Origin: a virus
Lineage: Duplodnaviria; Caudoviricetes
Reading direction: 5' to 3' (one strand)
IMG/VR virus record: IMGVR_UViG_3300047090_000093
Location: 1 to 56,251 of that record
Length of the DNA stretch: 56,251 nucleotides
Made by a program: the position numbers and the translations under genes. The notes below the pieces were generated by a model. The model had not been told where the DNA came from. It was given only the letters and a program-made list of their open reading frames with translations, and did not search any database. This document shows, one piece after another, positions 18,429 to 27,446 of this stretch; the first letter of the stretch is position 1, and every line of letters begins with the position of its first letter.

Positions 18429-18644
18429 GTGTTTGAGCTAAACACACACGCAATTGCGGAACTGGTGAACCGGCTTGACGCGAGCCGCGGGCGTGACAGC
18501 CACGACGCCGCGCAGGTCATCCGGGCGCTGATACAGGAAAACAAGGACCTGGCGCGAAAACTTAGTGCCACCATCGCCGCGCAGCACGGCCACGTAACAC
18601 TCTCGGAGGTTTTCACTGAGCTTGGAAAGAGAGGGAAACAATGA
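18429..18644 (+). CDS. hypothetical protein
   Basis: 71-aa helical ORF coupled to the next gene. Confidence 0.55.
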   Translation: MFELNTHAIAELVNRLDASRGRDSHDAAQVIRALIQENKDLARKLSATIAAQHGHVTLSEVFTELGKRGKQ

Positions 18645-19060
18645 GAAAAACATATCCCGATCCGGGAACGCTTGCCGGCATTGCCGTGATCCTCGCTGTG
18701 GCCGTTGCCATGTTTCTGCTGACGCTCGGGATGCGGGCGCATGCAACAACGCATTATGCCGGGGAATGGGACAAAGTGGACCCTGCAACGCGCTCATGGT
18801 TCAAGAGCCAACGCAGCCCGCATGGCGTGCCGTGCTGCGACATGGCCGATGGCCACCCGACTCTCGAAGACTGGCGCGGTCAAAACGAATATTGGATACC
18901 GAATCCAGTAAAATTGGGGGAAATACAATGGATTAAAGTACCGCCAGAGGCGGTGATTTATAATGCCCGCAATCCGACCGGAGAAGCTGTGGTCTGGTAT
19001 GTGATTCAGGGCTCGGATACGGTTTACATCCGGTGCTTCGTGCCCGGCGGAGGCGTGTGA
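18641..19060 (+). CDS. exported Cys-containing hypothetical protein
   Basis: N-terminal TM/signal; WFKS..PCCDMADG...IRCFVPGGG. Confidence 0.75.
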   Translation: MRKTYPDPGTLAGIAVILAVAVAMFLLTLGMRAHATTHYAGEWDKVDPATRSWFKSQRSPHGVPCCDMADGHPTLEDWRGQNEYWIPNPVKLGEIQWIKVPPEAVIYNARNPTGEAVVWYVIQGSDTVYIRCFVPGGGV

Positions 19061-19230
19061 TGGTCTCCTTACGCAGAGCCTTTTGGACAGGTGTCGCACT
19101 AGGCGCTCTTGCTGGGGCATGGGCGTCATTTCTAGTTATGCTCTTTTATCCGATTGGGGGCACATGAGATGCGATTTCTTAATCTGGAAATCGTTATTAT
19201 CATTCGCGATCACGGATACCCTCCGGTGGA

Positions 19231-19416
19231 ATGATGACCCTCGCTCCCAACATGCTGCTCGCCCTTCGCGCCGTTCGTGACGGTGGACATCTTACACGTG
19301 CCGAACGATTCTGGCTGAAATCAGAGTATTATATCGACGAAAACGATAGGTTAACGATGAGGGGCGAAAACGAACTCAATAACGCAGACAACGCCAAAGG
19401 AGACAAACCAAAATGA
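19231..19416 (+). CDS. hypothetical protein
   Basis: 61 aa, ATGA overlap with the holin-like gene. Confidence 0.5.
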   Translation: MMTLAPNMLLALRAVRDGGHLTRAERFWLKSEYYIDENDRLTMRGENELNNADNAKGDKPK

Positions 19417-19727
19417 ATTCGAATACCTGGATTAGTTGGATTACTACGGGAATAGGTCTGTTCGGTGCCGTTGCCGCCGATCGAGGGCTGATTGATTCCA
19501 GTACGGTCACCACGATCGCAGGCGCCGCCGCCACATTGATCCCGCTGGCTTGGGGTCTTTTCATCCATCGGGACGCCAAGGTCGTGCAAACGGCTTCGCA
19601 GGTCCAGGGCCTCGCAGAACCTATCAAGATCGCTCCGGATGCGCCCGCGGCCCTCCAGCAGCTTGCCCACGACGATAGCGTGCCCAATGTCAAGCCGGAG
19701 ACGACGTTTCTCTTAAATCGACCATAA
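19413..19727 (+). CDS. putative holin
   Basis: two TM segments, GGAG SD, immediately upstream of the endolysin-like gene. Confidence 0.6.
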   Translation: MNSNTWISWITTGIGLFGAVAADRGLIDSSTVTTIAGAAATLIPLAWGLFIHRDAKVVQTASQVQGLAEPIKIAPDAPAALQQLAHDDSVPNVKPETTFLLNRP

Positions 19728-19728
19728 C

Positions 19729-20110
19729 ATGAACATTCCAGCCCTCATAAAGATCAATCAAATCCGTTGGCAAGAGATGAAGATTCATGCCGATCGCATG
19801 GCACAATTGGATAGTACCGCGCACCGACTTTGTGGGTCAAAAGACCGATATGTCTCCGTCGAGCAGAGATTGATCAAGATAGGATTTCATTGTCCGTGGT
19901 GGTTTATTGCGATTTGCTCCGAACGGGAATATGGCGGTCCCCCTCACTGGGACAGGCAATTATCGCAAGGCGACCCGTTGAACCGTGTTTCCTGGCACGA
20001 TCCCGCCCGCAGAGGCCCGTTCCTCTATCATGACGATGCGTCTATGAAAGCCTATCCTTTCGCGCATGATGGAAGTAGACAAGAGCATTAACTTTGGAGA
20101 AAAGCAATGA
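19729..20110 (+). pseudogene. lysozyme-family endolysin with internal frameshifting deletion
   Basis: PWWFIAICSERE..LSQGDPL..RGPF, then the frame is lost; the alternative frame KPILSRMMEVDKSINFGEKQ* ends in an ATGA overlap with the next gene. Confidence 0.65.
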
Positions 20111-20283
20111 CACAAAAAATAAAGAAAGTCGTGACTGATCTGCGTTCCGGTAATATGAGCGCACTCATGCACGACATGACCGCCTTCGCCGATGCGCTTG
20201 ATGAAGTCGATCAGCGTATCACCAAGTTGGAATCGGCGGCAAAGCCAAGCGTGCCACCGACCGCACCAATGAAAGGACAATAG
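20107..20283 (+). CDS. small hypothetical protein
   Basis: 58 aa MTQKIKKVV..., GGAG SD. Confidence 0.55.
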   Translation: MTQKIKKVVTDLRSGNMSALMHDMTAFADALDEVDQRITKLESAAKPSVPPTAPMKGQ

Positions 20284-20284
20284 C

Positions 20285-20512
20285 ATGAACTGGGCAGCCC
20301 TGCTTTCTGCCGTTCTTCCCACCGTGCTTCAGATGTTCAACGATCCCAAGTTCCAGGCGACCGTAAAAGCAGTTGAGGACAATCTGCATACGAAAGTCGC
20401 TGCTGGGGCACACCCATCCCAAGCGGCCGTTCAAGCCCTAGGTCATTTGGGTGCAGCCGCGGCGCTGCACGTCACCGGCAACGATCCCACCGCCGTTGCC
20501 ATCAAGCAATGA
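20285..20512 (+). CDS. hypothetical protein
   Basis: 75 aa, AAGGA SD. Confidence 0.6.
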   Translation: MNWAALLSAVLPTVLQMFNDPKFQATVKAVEDNLHTKVAAGAHPSQAAVQALGHLGAAAALHVTGNDPTAVAIKQ

Positions 20513-20544
20513 TCCCATCATGAAATGATTTGTGGAGAACCAAA

Positions 20545-20817
20545 ATGAAAACGTCAGTTTTGAGCTTTGTTGCACTATCGTTCATGTGCATGCCCTGCTT
20601 CGCGCAGGACGAGTCTGGGTGTGAAGAATACCAACTGCGAGATGGCACGGTATGGTCGTGTCAGATTCCAACCCAGCCTCCAGGCCCCCCGACGTGTCAC
20701 ATCTTCGGTAATAACCTGCTGTGTGATAAGGAGCCCGTGATTTCGGCGCCAGTTGCAAAGAGGTCGCCTTCGAACTGCGGATGGAACAGCAGGCGCGGCA
20801 AATATGTCTGCTGGTGA
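20545..20817 (+). CDS. secreted Cys-rich small protein
   Basis: signal peptide MKTSVLSFVALSFMCMPCFAQ; 6 Cys in the mature part. Confidence 0.6.
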   Translation: MKTSVLSFVALSFMCMPCFAQDESGCEEYQLRDGTVWSCQIPTQPPGPPTCHIFGNNLLCDKEPVISAPVAKRSPSNCGWNSRRGKYVCW

Positions 20818-20972
20818 GCGCCGAGGCCAATGTTATCAGAAATCGCCAAATCCTGGATCGAAAACGTCAAGACCAAGTTGACGGCGATCCGCCAATCCGG
20901 AGAATTGGAGCGTGAGAAGATGTGGCTGGCGGAACAGAAACGACGGCGGGCCTCACTGGAGGAACATGGCAA

Positions 20973-21326
20973 GTGAGCTGGATTCTTGTTGACTCAGCCA
21001 CATGGAACTGGGTGCTGGCCGCGATCTCCCGCATCGACAAGAATGTCACATCGATCGCAACAACCGTCAATCAACTGGAGAAACAAATGTCTGATCTTTC
21101 AGATGTCGTCACATCGGTTTCCGCCGATCTCGATACCCTCGGCACCAAGCTGGATAACGAAACTACCGAAATTGGCAAGGTAATCGCGCTCCTTCAAAAA
21201 GGAAATCCGGACGTTCCGGCCGCGGTTACTGCGCTGCAAGCCATCCATACTCGTGTCGGCGGCTTATCATCGACGGTCGATCAACACGTCTCGACACTCG
21301 ATGCGGCGTTGCCGGCATCCCCTTAG
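20973..21326 (+). CDS. coiled-coil hypothetical protein
   Basis: heptad-rich ORF; an internal start with GGAG SD at 21087 is possible. Confidence 0.55.
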   Translation: MSWILVDSATWNWVLAAISRIDKNVTSIATTVNQLEKQMSDLSDVVTSVSADLDTLGTKLDNETTEIGKVIALLQKGNPDVPAAVTALQAIHTRVGGLSSTVDQHVSTLDAALPASP

Positions 21327-21328
21327 CA

Positions 21329-21480
21329 GGGGCGTCATCCCCCGGTTTCTCGCCTGGATTCGACTGACGCCCCCTTTCCGAAACGCTCTGACGCGAAGTG
21401 CAACCCACCCCTCCCCGTGCCCGCACACCGTCAGGGCGTGAGCGGCCCCGGTTTGGCGTGCCACGCCACGCCGGGGCTGC
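21329..21480 (+). ncRNA. three-hairpin intergenic RNA with C-rich loops
   Basis: stems 21329-37/21365-73, 21383-93/21429-39, 21442-51/21471-80; loop contains CCCCTCCCC. Confidence 0.5.
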
Positions 21481-21503
21481 CTTAACATCAAAAGGAGAAC
21501 ACA

Positions 21504-21674
21504 TTGGCCAATATCGGACCGATCCTGCTCGTGTTCGCGTTCGTGTTTGCGTGCATCGCCGCGACGTATCCAGGAACCAACGGGTATTGGGGGCGGTTCC
21601 ATTTTGGATGGCTCTCCATTGCCTTCTGGATCGCCTCGGAATTACTCGGTGGGCTTTCGAAAGTGAACCATTGA
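21504..21674 (+). CDS. small membrane protein
   Basis: AAGGAG SD, TTG start, two hydrophobic segments. Confidence 0.6.
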   Translation: MANIGPILLVFAFVFACIAATYPGTNGYWGRFHFGWLSIAFWIASELLGGLSKVNH

Positions 21675-21684
21675 GGAGATAGCC

Positions 21685-21840
21685 ATGTCGCTCCTACTCA
21701 TCATCGTTATTATTCTGCTGCTAGGCGGTTTTGGAGGAGGCTTGTGGACCGGAGGCTACGGCTACGGTCATGGTCTCAATGGAGTCCTCGGCATCATCCT
21801 CGTGGTGATCATCGTTCTCGTGGTGATGGGCCGACTATGA
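21685..21840 (+). CDS. DUF3309-like small membrane protein
   Basis: MSLLLIIVIILLLGG..GYGYG..GVLGIILVVIIVLVVMGRL, GAGGAG SD. Confidence 0.7.
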   Translation: MSLLLIIVIILLLGGFGGGLWTGGYGYGHGLNGVLGIILVVIIVLVVMGRL

Positions 21841-22008
21841 GGCGCAGCGAGTACGAGCGGCTTCTGACCCTGCGCCATCGCCGGCCGCAGGGGGATATGC
21901 GTGATGCCCCCCGTCGATTCCTGATCGCGTTCGGGGCCGCGTTCGCAATCATGCTCGCGTTCTGGCTGGGGTTCACAGTATTCGGATAACCTACAGCAAG
22001 GGGGCAAC

Positions 22009-22194
22009 GTGCACGGCAGAAACTGGTTTTTCGATTTCAATCGAGACCGCGGGATGAAAGTCGCGATCGACCTGGGACGGCTGCCGGATGATCCTGGGAA
22101 GCGAGCCGATATCTATCACGCCCTCCGCATCCTGGGGGATAACAAGATGATCGAATCGCTGGTATGGGACCGCGAGGCGGCGAGAATTGTGTGA
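22009..22194 (+). CDS. hypothetical protein
   Basis: 61 aa with AAGGGGG SD. Confidence 0.5.
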   Translation: MHGRNWFFDFNRDRGMKVAIDLGRLPDDPGKRADIYHALRILGDNKMIESLVWDREAARIV

Positions 22195-22640
22195 TGGCTG
22201 AGAACGGAAGCCCTTCTTCCACTGCTCAGTGGGTGGTGGCATCTCTCGCTCTCCTTGCATTCGGATCAACAATCGTCCAGGCCGTTTGGAGCGGATCGCG
22301 CACGGACATCGCGGCTCTCGAAGCGCGGTTGGAGCGGGCGGTGTCTCAACTCGACAGGCAATTGATCGAGTTTAAGGAAAACGACAGATTGCTACTTCCG
22401 AAAGAGGTTCACAATGAATTCAAGTCACAAATCGAGCGGCAGATATTTCGGAACACGACGGTCATAGACGATCTGCTTGTTCGAAAGGAGGTATTCGAGC
22501 GCGCATTGTCCGATCAAAAGACGAGGGACGACATCAGTCATACGCAACAGGAAAAAGAAATTGACATGCTGCGGGCTAGAATAGGTGCGCTCCGGCAGCA
22601 TCAGGACGAGATCGACAGGTATTTGAGAGACCACAAATGA
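22194..22640 (+). CDS. TM + coiled-coil protein (lysis region)
   Basis: N-terminal TM followed by a long coiled coil. Confidence 0.65.
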   Translation: MAENGSPSSTAQWVVASLALLAFGSTIVQAVWSGSRTDIAALEARLERAVSQLDRQLIEFKENDRLLLPKEVHNEFKSQIERQIFRNTTVIDDLLVRKEVFERALSDQKTRDDISHTQQEKEIDMLRARIGALRQHQDEIDRYLRDHK

Positions 22641-22891
22641 AATGTCAAGCTGCGATTGCAATTGCGCTATTATTGTCAATGATCATTCCACCAGAGCAGG
22701 CATATGCGCGCAGGCATCACCATCATCGCCACCATCACTACAGCCTTTCGAGGGGGGGGGAAACTACCGATTTTGATTTCTGTCAGTCGGTCCGTGACGC
22801 TTTCTCCAATCTTGGAGTGAAGGAGTTGGGCCGTTTCGTTGCGGCCCTTCCACCTTCACGCAAGGCAGAAGCAAGCCGATGTCTGAATTGA
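22637..22891 (+). CDS. exported His-rich small protein
   Basis: signal peptide followed by ARRHHHHRHHH. Confidence 0.6.
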   Translation: MKCQAAIAIALLLSMIIPPEQAYARRHHHHRHHHYSLSRGGETTDFDFCQSVRDAFSNLGVKELGRFVAALPPSRKAEASRCLN

Positions 22892-23172
22892 AACTAAACG
22901 GCAATGGGTTTCCGAAGGTATCCGCCTCAACCTTCGCCCTCTTGATGAACTTGGTCGTTCTCGTTGTGGGATTAGGAGCCCTATGGGGTACACAGGTCTC
23001 CAGGATAGACGACCTGAAAGAACGCCTTATCACCGTACAGGCGCGCCTCGATGTGCATGAAAGGGCGCTCAACGAAGAGCGACAGACGATCACCAACCGG
23101 CTGACCGGCCTGGAAGCGGATACGAAATATATCAGCGCGACGCTCAACGAACTCAAGCTCAAGTTCAAATGA
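22879..23172 (+). CDS. TM + coiled-coil protein
   Basis: one TM then heptad repeats. Confidence 0.65.
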   Translation: MSELKLNGNGFPKVSASTFALLMNLVVLVVGLGALWGTQVSRIDDLKERLITVQARLDVHERALNEERQTITNRLTGLEADTKYISATLNELKLKFK

Positions 23173-23187
23173 TGGGGAATCTCCCAA

Positions 23188-23355
23188 ATGAAATGCCAGC
23201 GTTGCCACGGCTTCGGCCGTGAGCCACGAGACATCGCCGACCGGCCGGGACACTACCGTCTCATTCCGTGCCCGGAGTGCAATGGCTGCGGGACGATGAG
23301 TTGCTGCGGAGACTCGATTGCCCAGCCTGAGAAAAAGGAAGATGACGCCCGATGA
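23188..23355 (+). CDS. small Zn-finger-like protein
   Basis: CxxCxGxG...CPECNGxG..CC (DnaJ-type Cys motifs). Confidence 0.55.
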   Translation: MKCQRCHGFGREPRDIADRPGHYRLIPCPECNGCGTMSCCGDSIAQPEKKEDDAR

Positions 23356-23419
23356 ATTCGGCGGCCTACGCCGCCATCCGAGACCGTCCGGTATCATGGC
23401 CGGATGGTGGCCAGCAATG

Positions 23420-23475
23420 GTCGTTTCCTCCCTGTGACTTGGGGCCGGATGGGCTTGCTCATGCGGCCCCTTTTT
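23420..23475 (+). ncRNA. suhB/alpha-r8 (MmgR-like) small RNA with intrinsic terminator
   Basis: TTTCCTCCCTGTGACTT followed by the GGGGCCG...CGGCCCC hairpin and TTTTT, matching the alpha-r8 core UUUCCUCCCU-N-GACUU-terminator. Confidence 0.6.
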
Positions 23476-23690
23476 GTGGGGTGGACTGCACAGATTTTGC
23501 ACGTTTCAATGTGGGCGTTTTTGTTTCGTTCAGTGTGATTCCGTCTCGAAACGCCAAGAAAAAGCCAACGAATTCAACAAATTGGTCTAAATTGTGAATG
23601 CGGGCTGCCCTGGGGGAGGGCCGCCCGCTTATTGAAATCATTAACTAATTTCTCCATTTTTGGCTCATTGTCCCAATCGGACACATTCAC
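23476..23690. other. probable attP region
   Basis: AT-rich non-coding gap at the convergence point just downstream of int; TGCAC repeats at 23487-23501; hairpin at 23600-23628. Confidence 0.5.
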
Positions 23691-24704
23691 TCATCGCCTC
23701 TTCATGCTCGGAAACCGCTCCGTTCGCTCCCACTCCTCATGAGCATGCACATGCTGATAGCGGGCCGCCGAGCGCGGATCGCGCCAGTTCCCGGTGGCCA
23801 CGAGGCCCTGCACATCTGCCCCGCCATAGCGGCGCATCCATGTCGCCCATGTATGGCGGAACGTGTGGAAGTTGACCCATCTCAGCCGATGCGCGGGGGA
23901 CTTGCCTCGGGATGCTGGCGTCACGCCGCTGGCGAGGCACGTGGCGCGCTTTAGGAGTTCTTTGAGATAGCCGCCATAGCGGAAGGGGAAGACTCGTTGT
24001 AGGCTCCCCAACCTCTCCCTGTGACGCTCCAAAGCAATTCGCAGGTCCTCCCGCAGGCGCACCGTCCGAGGGTCGCCATTTTTTGATTGACGTATGTATG
24101 CGGTTCCGCCGTCCACTTCACTCCATTCGAGAGCAAGCGCTTCTCCAAGTCGCGCACCTGTGAACAAAAGAAATTGTAGCAACAGGGCAAGGTCGTCATC
24201 GATCCTCTCCGCAGCTTCAATGATCGCCATCGCGTCGGGTGGAATGAGGTAATCGGTGCGCGGCCTGCCCTTCGCTCCCGGCGGCCGGCGGATGCGGAGC
24301 GTGTACCCTTGGTGCCTTAAGATCGCGGCAATGGGGGTATAGACACAGCGATTCCTGGTAGCAGGGGACGCGTCCGGTCTCAATGCTACAGCCGCGCGAT
24401 CGATAGCGTTTTGATCAATCTCCCGCCATGGCGTCTCTCCGAAGTGCTTGATCAGTGGCGCCACATAGCGCTTGTTTCCGGTCGTCTGCATGTAGGACAG
24501 GGCCGCACTCAGGAAACTGTCGTCTTCACGAGGCGCAGCTTTCCACTCTTTGCACTCGATTTTTCCGGCGATCTCATCGAGGATGGTAGCAGCGACCTGT
24601 CGCCGGTGAGTTCTGCTGCTTTGATCCACGCGGACTCCGAGATAGGTGCCGCGGATGCGCCAGTTCTGCGAGAGGCCTTTGCGCGGTGGGTAGAGACGGA
24701 GCAT
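23691..24704 (-). CDS. int: tyrosine integrase
   Basis: catalytic residues TGAR, SKNG, HTFRH, GNW and RY. Confidence 0.92.
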   Translation of the reverse strand: MLRLYPPRKGLSQNWRIRGTYLGVRVDQSSRTHRRQVAATILDEIAGKIECKEWKAAPREDDSFLSAALSYMQTTGNKRYVAPLIKHFGETPWREIDQNAIDRAAVALRPDASPATRNRCVYTPIAAILRHQGYTLRIRRPPGAKGRPRTDYLIPPDAMAIIEAAERIDDDLALLLQFLLFTGARLGEALALEWSEVDGGTAYIRQSKNGDPRTVRLREDLRIALERHRERLGSLQRVFPFRYGGYLKELLKRATCLASGVTPASRGKSPAHRLRWVNFHTFRHTWATWMRRYGGADVQGLVATGNWRDPRSAARYQHVHAHEEWERTERFPSMKRR

Positions 24705-24907
24705 GGGGCACCCTCCGGTCCCGGCAGCGCCGCATGGATGCGGGCCACGTCGCCGGGGGTGAAGAGCTTAGTCTTGCCGGCGCAGCGGTAAAAGGGGGTG
24801 CCGTGGGCATCCCACGGATGTTTGCGCAGCCATTCCATCAGCCAGCGGCGGGTGACGCCAAGGCGCTCGGCCGCGGTTTCAAGGGGGAAACTCACGCGGT
24901 CCATCAC
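24509..24907 (-). CDS. xis: excisionase-like HTH protein overlapping int
   Basis: LETAAERLGVTRRWL...KLFTPGDV (MerR/Xis-like HTH), directly upstream of int. Confidence 0.65.
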   Translation of the reverse strand: MMDRVSFPLETAAERLGVTRRWLMEWLRKHPWDAHGTPFYRCAGKTKLFTPGDVARIHAALPGPEGAPCSVSTHRAKASRRTGASAAPISESAWIKAAELTGDRSLLPSSMRSPEKSSAKSGKLRLVKTTVS

Positions 24908-25380
24908 TCGCCCTTTCCCTTCGGTGGACGGGGAGCGAGGGCGGCGCGGGCAAGGGATTGAAACTTATCGGCCGCGACGGTGGCTGATACCGCAGACTGT
25001 TCACGGCCGATTTCCGTCAGCGCCTCCCTCAGCCGCGCGATCTCCTCGGCGTTTTGGCGGGCAGCGGAGCTAGCGATATCCGCAAAATGCTCTGCCAAAA
25101 GCGCCTTCACGCTATGTCGGTTCGTTGAGCCGATAGAGAGGCCATCAAGTCTGGTCTGAACGACGTATTCCGCGCGCTTGTCAAAATCGTCGATGTCCAT
25201 GCCGTTTATTGAGCGATAGAGGTGATTGCTCTCTCGCTCCCATTCGCGCTTCTGCGCCAGTTCGGCGCGGAGGCGGGCGATCTCGGCGGCGGCTTCCTCG
25301 CAGGCCATCATAAGTCGCCTCGGCCCCTCAAGAGCGAACCCCTCTCGATTGCGAAGTTGATCGACAATATCGCTCATCAT
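24904..25380 (-). CDS. hypothetical protein
   Basis: MSDIVDQLR..EAAAEIARLR, common early phage ORF type. Confidence 0.65.
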   Translation of the reverse strand: MMSDIVDQLRNREGFALEGPRRLMMACEEAAAEIARLRAELAQKREWERESNHLYRSINGMDIDDFDKRAEYVVQTRLDGLSIGSTNRHSVKALLAEHFADIASSAARQNAEEIARLREALTEIGREQSAVSATVAADKFQSLARAALAPRPPKGKGE

Positions 25381-25525
25381 TCTTTCTTTCCCTCCGGTGG
25401 ACGGGGAGCGGCATCGGCCGCCTTATGTCATCGCTATCGCGAGCGGTGTGCAGAAACACGAGCACGAAAAACGTCACAAGTTGCCCGAAGACAACACCGC
25501 CAATAAAAGTTAACATGTCAGTCAC
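25328..25525 (-). CDS. small membrane protein
   Basis: 65 aa with an N-terminal TM. Confidence 0.45.
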   Translation of the reverse strand: MTDMLTFIGGVVFGQLVTFFVLVFLHTARDSDDIRRPMPLPVHRRERKNDERYCRSTSQSRGVRS

Positions 25526-25811
25526 CCTCCCGTTCTGTCTTGTTCTCGCTCGCCGCCTTCTCTCCCGCCTCGCGCAGAAATTTGCTGACGGGGATTCCGC
25601 GGGCTCTGATACGAGTGAGCAAAGCGGTTGTGATCCGGACGGGAACGATAGTCATTCGGCGGGGGCGGGGGCCACGCCATGTGGCGCCTTTGATGGCGTA
25701 ATTGGCGGTCATGATCTTTCTGCCTTGGCAATGGCGCTTCGCAGTTGCCGCCGGAGCGGGCATAGGCTTGGCGCTTGGTATCCTTGGAGAAGTGGCGGGG
25801 ATCGCTCATTG

Positions 25812-26177
25812 TCAGATTTTGATAACGACCGTTGTATCTTTGAAAATATCGGGAATGCCATCGGTCGGCAGCATTGCTGTAAGACCGGAACCCTTTCGTA
25901 TTTTCGTGGTCTTTCCGAATTTCAACTCCAAGTCGGCGATGCATTCTTGATAGTTGCCTTTGGTGATGCCCGGCAGTTTAGTCGGCATCCCCGGACATTG
26001 GGCCAGGACTGTGCGCTGCATGTCCTGCCAAAGGTCTTTACTGGCGAAGTGATGCGTCCAGATCGGATGCCCCATCAGGTATTCAGCCGCATTGTGCATC
26101 TCGTTGAAAGAGCAAAGATTGATGCCGCTCGATAGCGAGGCTATAACTGCGGTCGGAAAGTCTCGCGTGTCGGTCAT
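25812..26177 (-). CDS. hypothetical protein
   Basis: 121 aa from MTDTRDF...EYLMGHPIWTH. Confidence 0.65.
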   Translation of the reverse strand: MTDTRDFPTAVIASLSSGINLCSFNEMHNAAEYLMGHPIWTHHFASKDLWQDMQRTVLAQCPGMPTKLPGITKGNYQECIADLELKFGKTTKIRKGSGLTAMLPTDGIPDIFKDTTVVIKI

Positions 26178-26326
26178 GTGCTCCGTTCCTTTGAATAGGG
26201 GGACGCGGCTCCGATCGCTGCACTGGCACTGTGAAGCGTCGGAGCCGCGCCGCGGACCTGTTTCACCGTTCGGGGGCAGCACAGGTCCGATGGGAATGCG
26301 TTTCATGGCGTGGTCGATGGCGCGGG

Positions 26327-27022
26327 TCATGCTGCTTCCTCTTTTTCGGAAGCCCAGCCCCGAATTTTTGCGATCGACTCGGCATAATCAAGCGCGGCCA
26401 TCACTTCGCGCCGGTTCTCTTTACCAGCCCAATATTGCCGGCCTTCTTCGATCGTCTTGTTGCGACAACCGATCTGCACACGTTGCTCGCCGGCTTCGGT
26501 TATATATGTCCATGAGGACCATCCGTCGGGATAACCAATGATTGCGAAGTCTTTAATTTTGGCGCCCGCGAGGCGGGCGCCCGCGAGGTAGGCGCCCGCG
26601 AGGTTGGCGGCCGTGAGGTCGGCGCGCGTGAGGTCGGCGCCCGCGAGGTAGGCGCGCGTGAGGTTGGCGCGCGTGAGGTAGGCGCGCGTGAGGTCGGCGC
26701 GCGTGAGGTCGGCGCGCGTGAGGTCGGCGCCCGCGAGGTAGGCGCCCGTGAGGTTGGCGCGCGTGAGGTAGGCGCGCGTGAGGTCGGCGCGCGTGAGGTC
26801 GGCGCCCGTGAGGTCGGCGGCCGTGAGGTTGGCGCGCGTGAGGTCGGCGCGCGTGAGGTCGGCGCCCGCGAGGTTGGCGGCCGTGAGGTTGGCGCCTGTC
26901 TTGATTGCCCACCTAACAGCTAGGCCGACTTTGGCTGAGGTCGGCGTATCTTTAGCGCAGTCGATTTCCGCAATAAACTGGATTGCGCCGGAAAAGTGAT
27001 TGGTAATGCTGAATTTAATCAT
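26327..27022 (-). CDS. pentapeptide repeat protein
   Basis: about 22 tandem A(D/N/Y)L(T/A)(R/G/A) repeats; C-terminal QIGC motif. Confidence 0.9.
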   Translation of the reverse strand: MIKFSITNHFSGAIQFIAEIDCAKDTPTSAKVGLAVRWAIKTGANLTAANLAGADLTRADLTRANLTAADLTGADLTRADLTRAYLTRANLTGAYLAGADLTRADLTRADLTRAYLTRANLTRAYLAGADLTRADLTAANLAGAYLAGARLAGAKIKDFAIIGYPDGWSSWTYITEAGEQRVQIGCRNKTIEEGRQYWAGKENRREVMAALDYAESIAKIRGWASEKEEAA

Positions 27023-27207
27023 GCCGCCTCCAGATCGGTCCGATGGTGTGCAACCTCTGCGTCGATCTCGTGGGCAAGATAGCCGAGCCTGGCTAGGTGG
27101 TGGCGGAAGCCAGCCTCGGAGAGGCGTCCTCGCCGGAATTCTCCGGCACAAAGCGCGAGGTCGATCTTCCAGACATTGAAGGGGTGATCTACTTTAAGGG
27201 CGGACAT
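27019..27207 (-). CDS. hypothetical protein
   Basis: 62 aa, overlaps the start of the next gene. Confidence 0.5.
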   Translation of the reverse strand: MSALKVDHPFNVWKIDLALCAGEFRRGRLSEAGFRHHLARLGYLAHEIDAEVAHHRTDLEAA

Positions 27208-27446
27208 TTTTGATAAAGCCTCGCACAAAAGTCGGTTACATTGGATTCTTTGTCTCCACACCAAAACGTGACCGCGCTGCGATCGTCGTCTCGGCCGTGG
27301 ACATAGTGCAGGTCAGGGTGCGACTTGAGAAAGACTCGCAGCCCGTAATTCGTCATCGGAAGCCCCGTGCGTGATGAGACGTACTCGGCCGTTACTATCT
27401 CGCTTTCGGGCGTCAACTCCTCGGTGTAGACGTTGATGCGCATCAA
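27189..27446 (-). CDS. hypothetical protein
   Basis: MRINVYTEEL...LHYVHGRDDDRSAVTFW. Confidence 0.65.
   Translation of the reverse strand: MMRINVYTEELTPESEIVTAEYVSSRTGLPMTNYGLRVFLKSHPDLHYVHGRDDDRSAVTFWCGDKESNVTDFCARLYQKCPPLK

Noticed and set aside
23600-23628. tRNA-derived att core
   Set aside because: Hairpin present, but no T-loop (GTTCGA) or CCA end; the core cannot be defined without the host sequence
26565-26895. 15-bp tandem repeat as a second guide-like array
   Set aside because: Fully explained by the pentapeptide repeat protein on the minus strand (15-nt codon-phased period)
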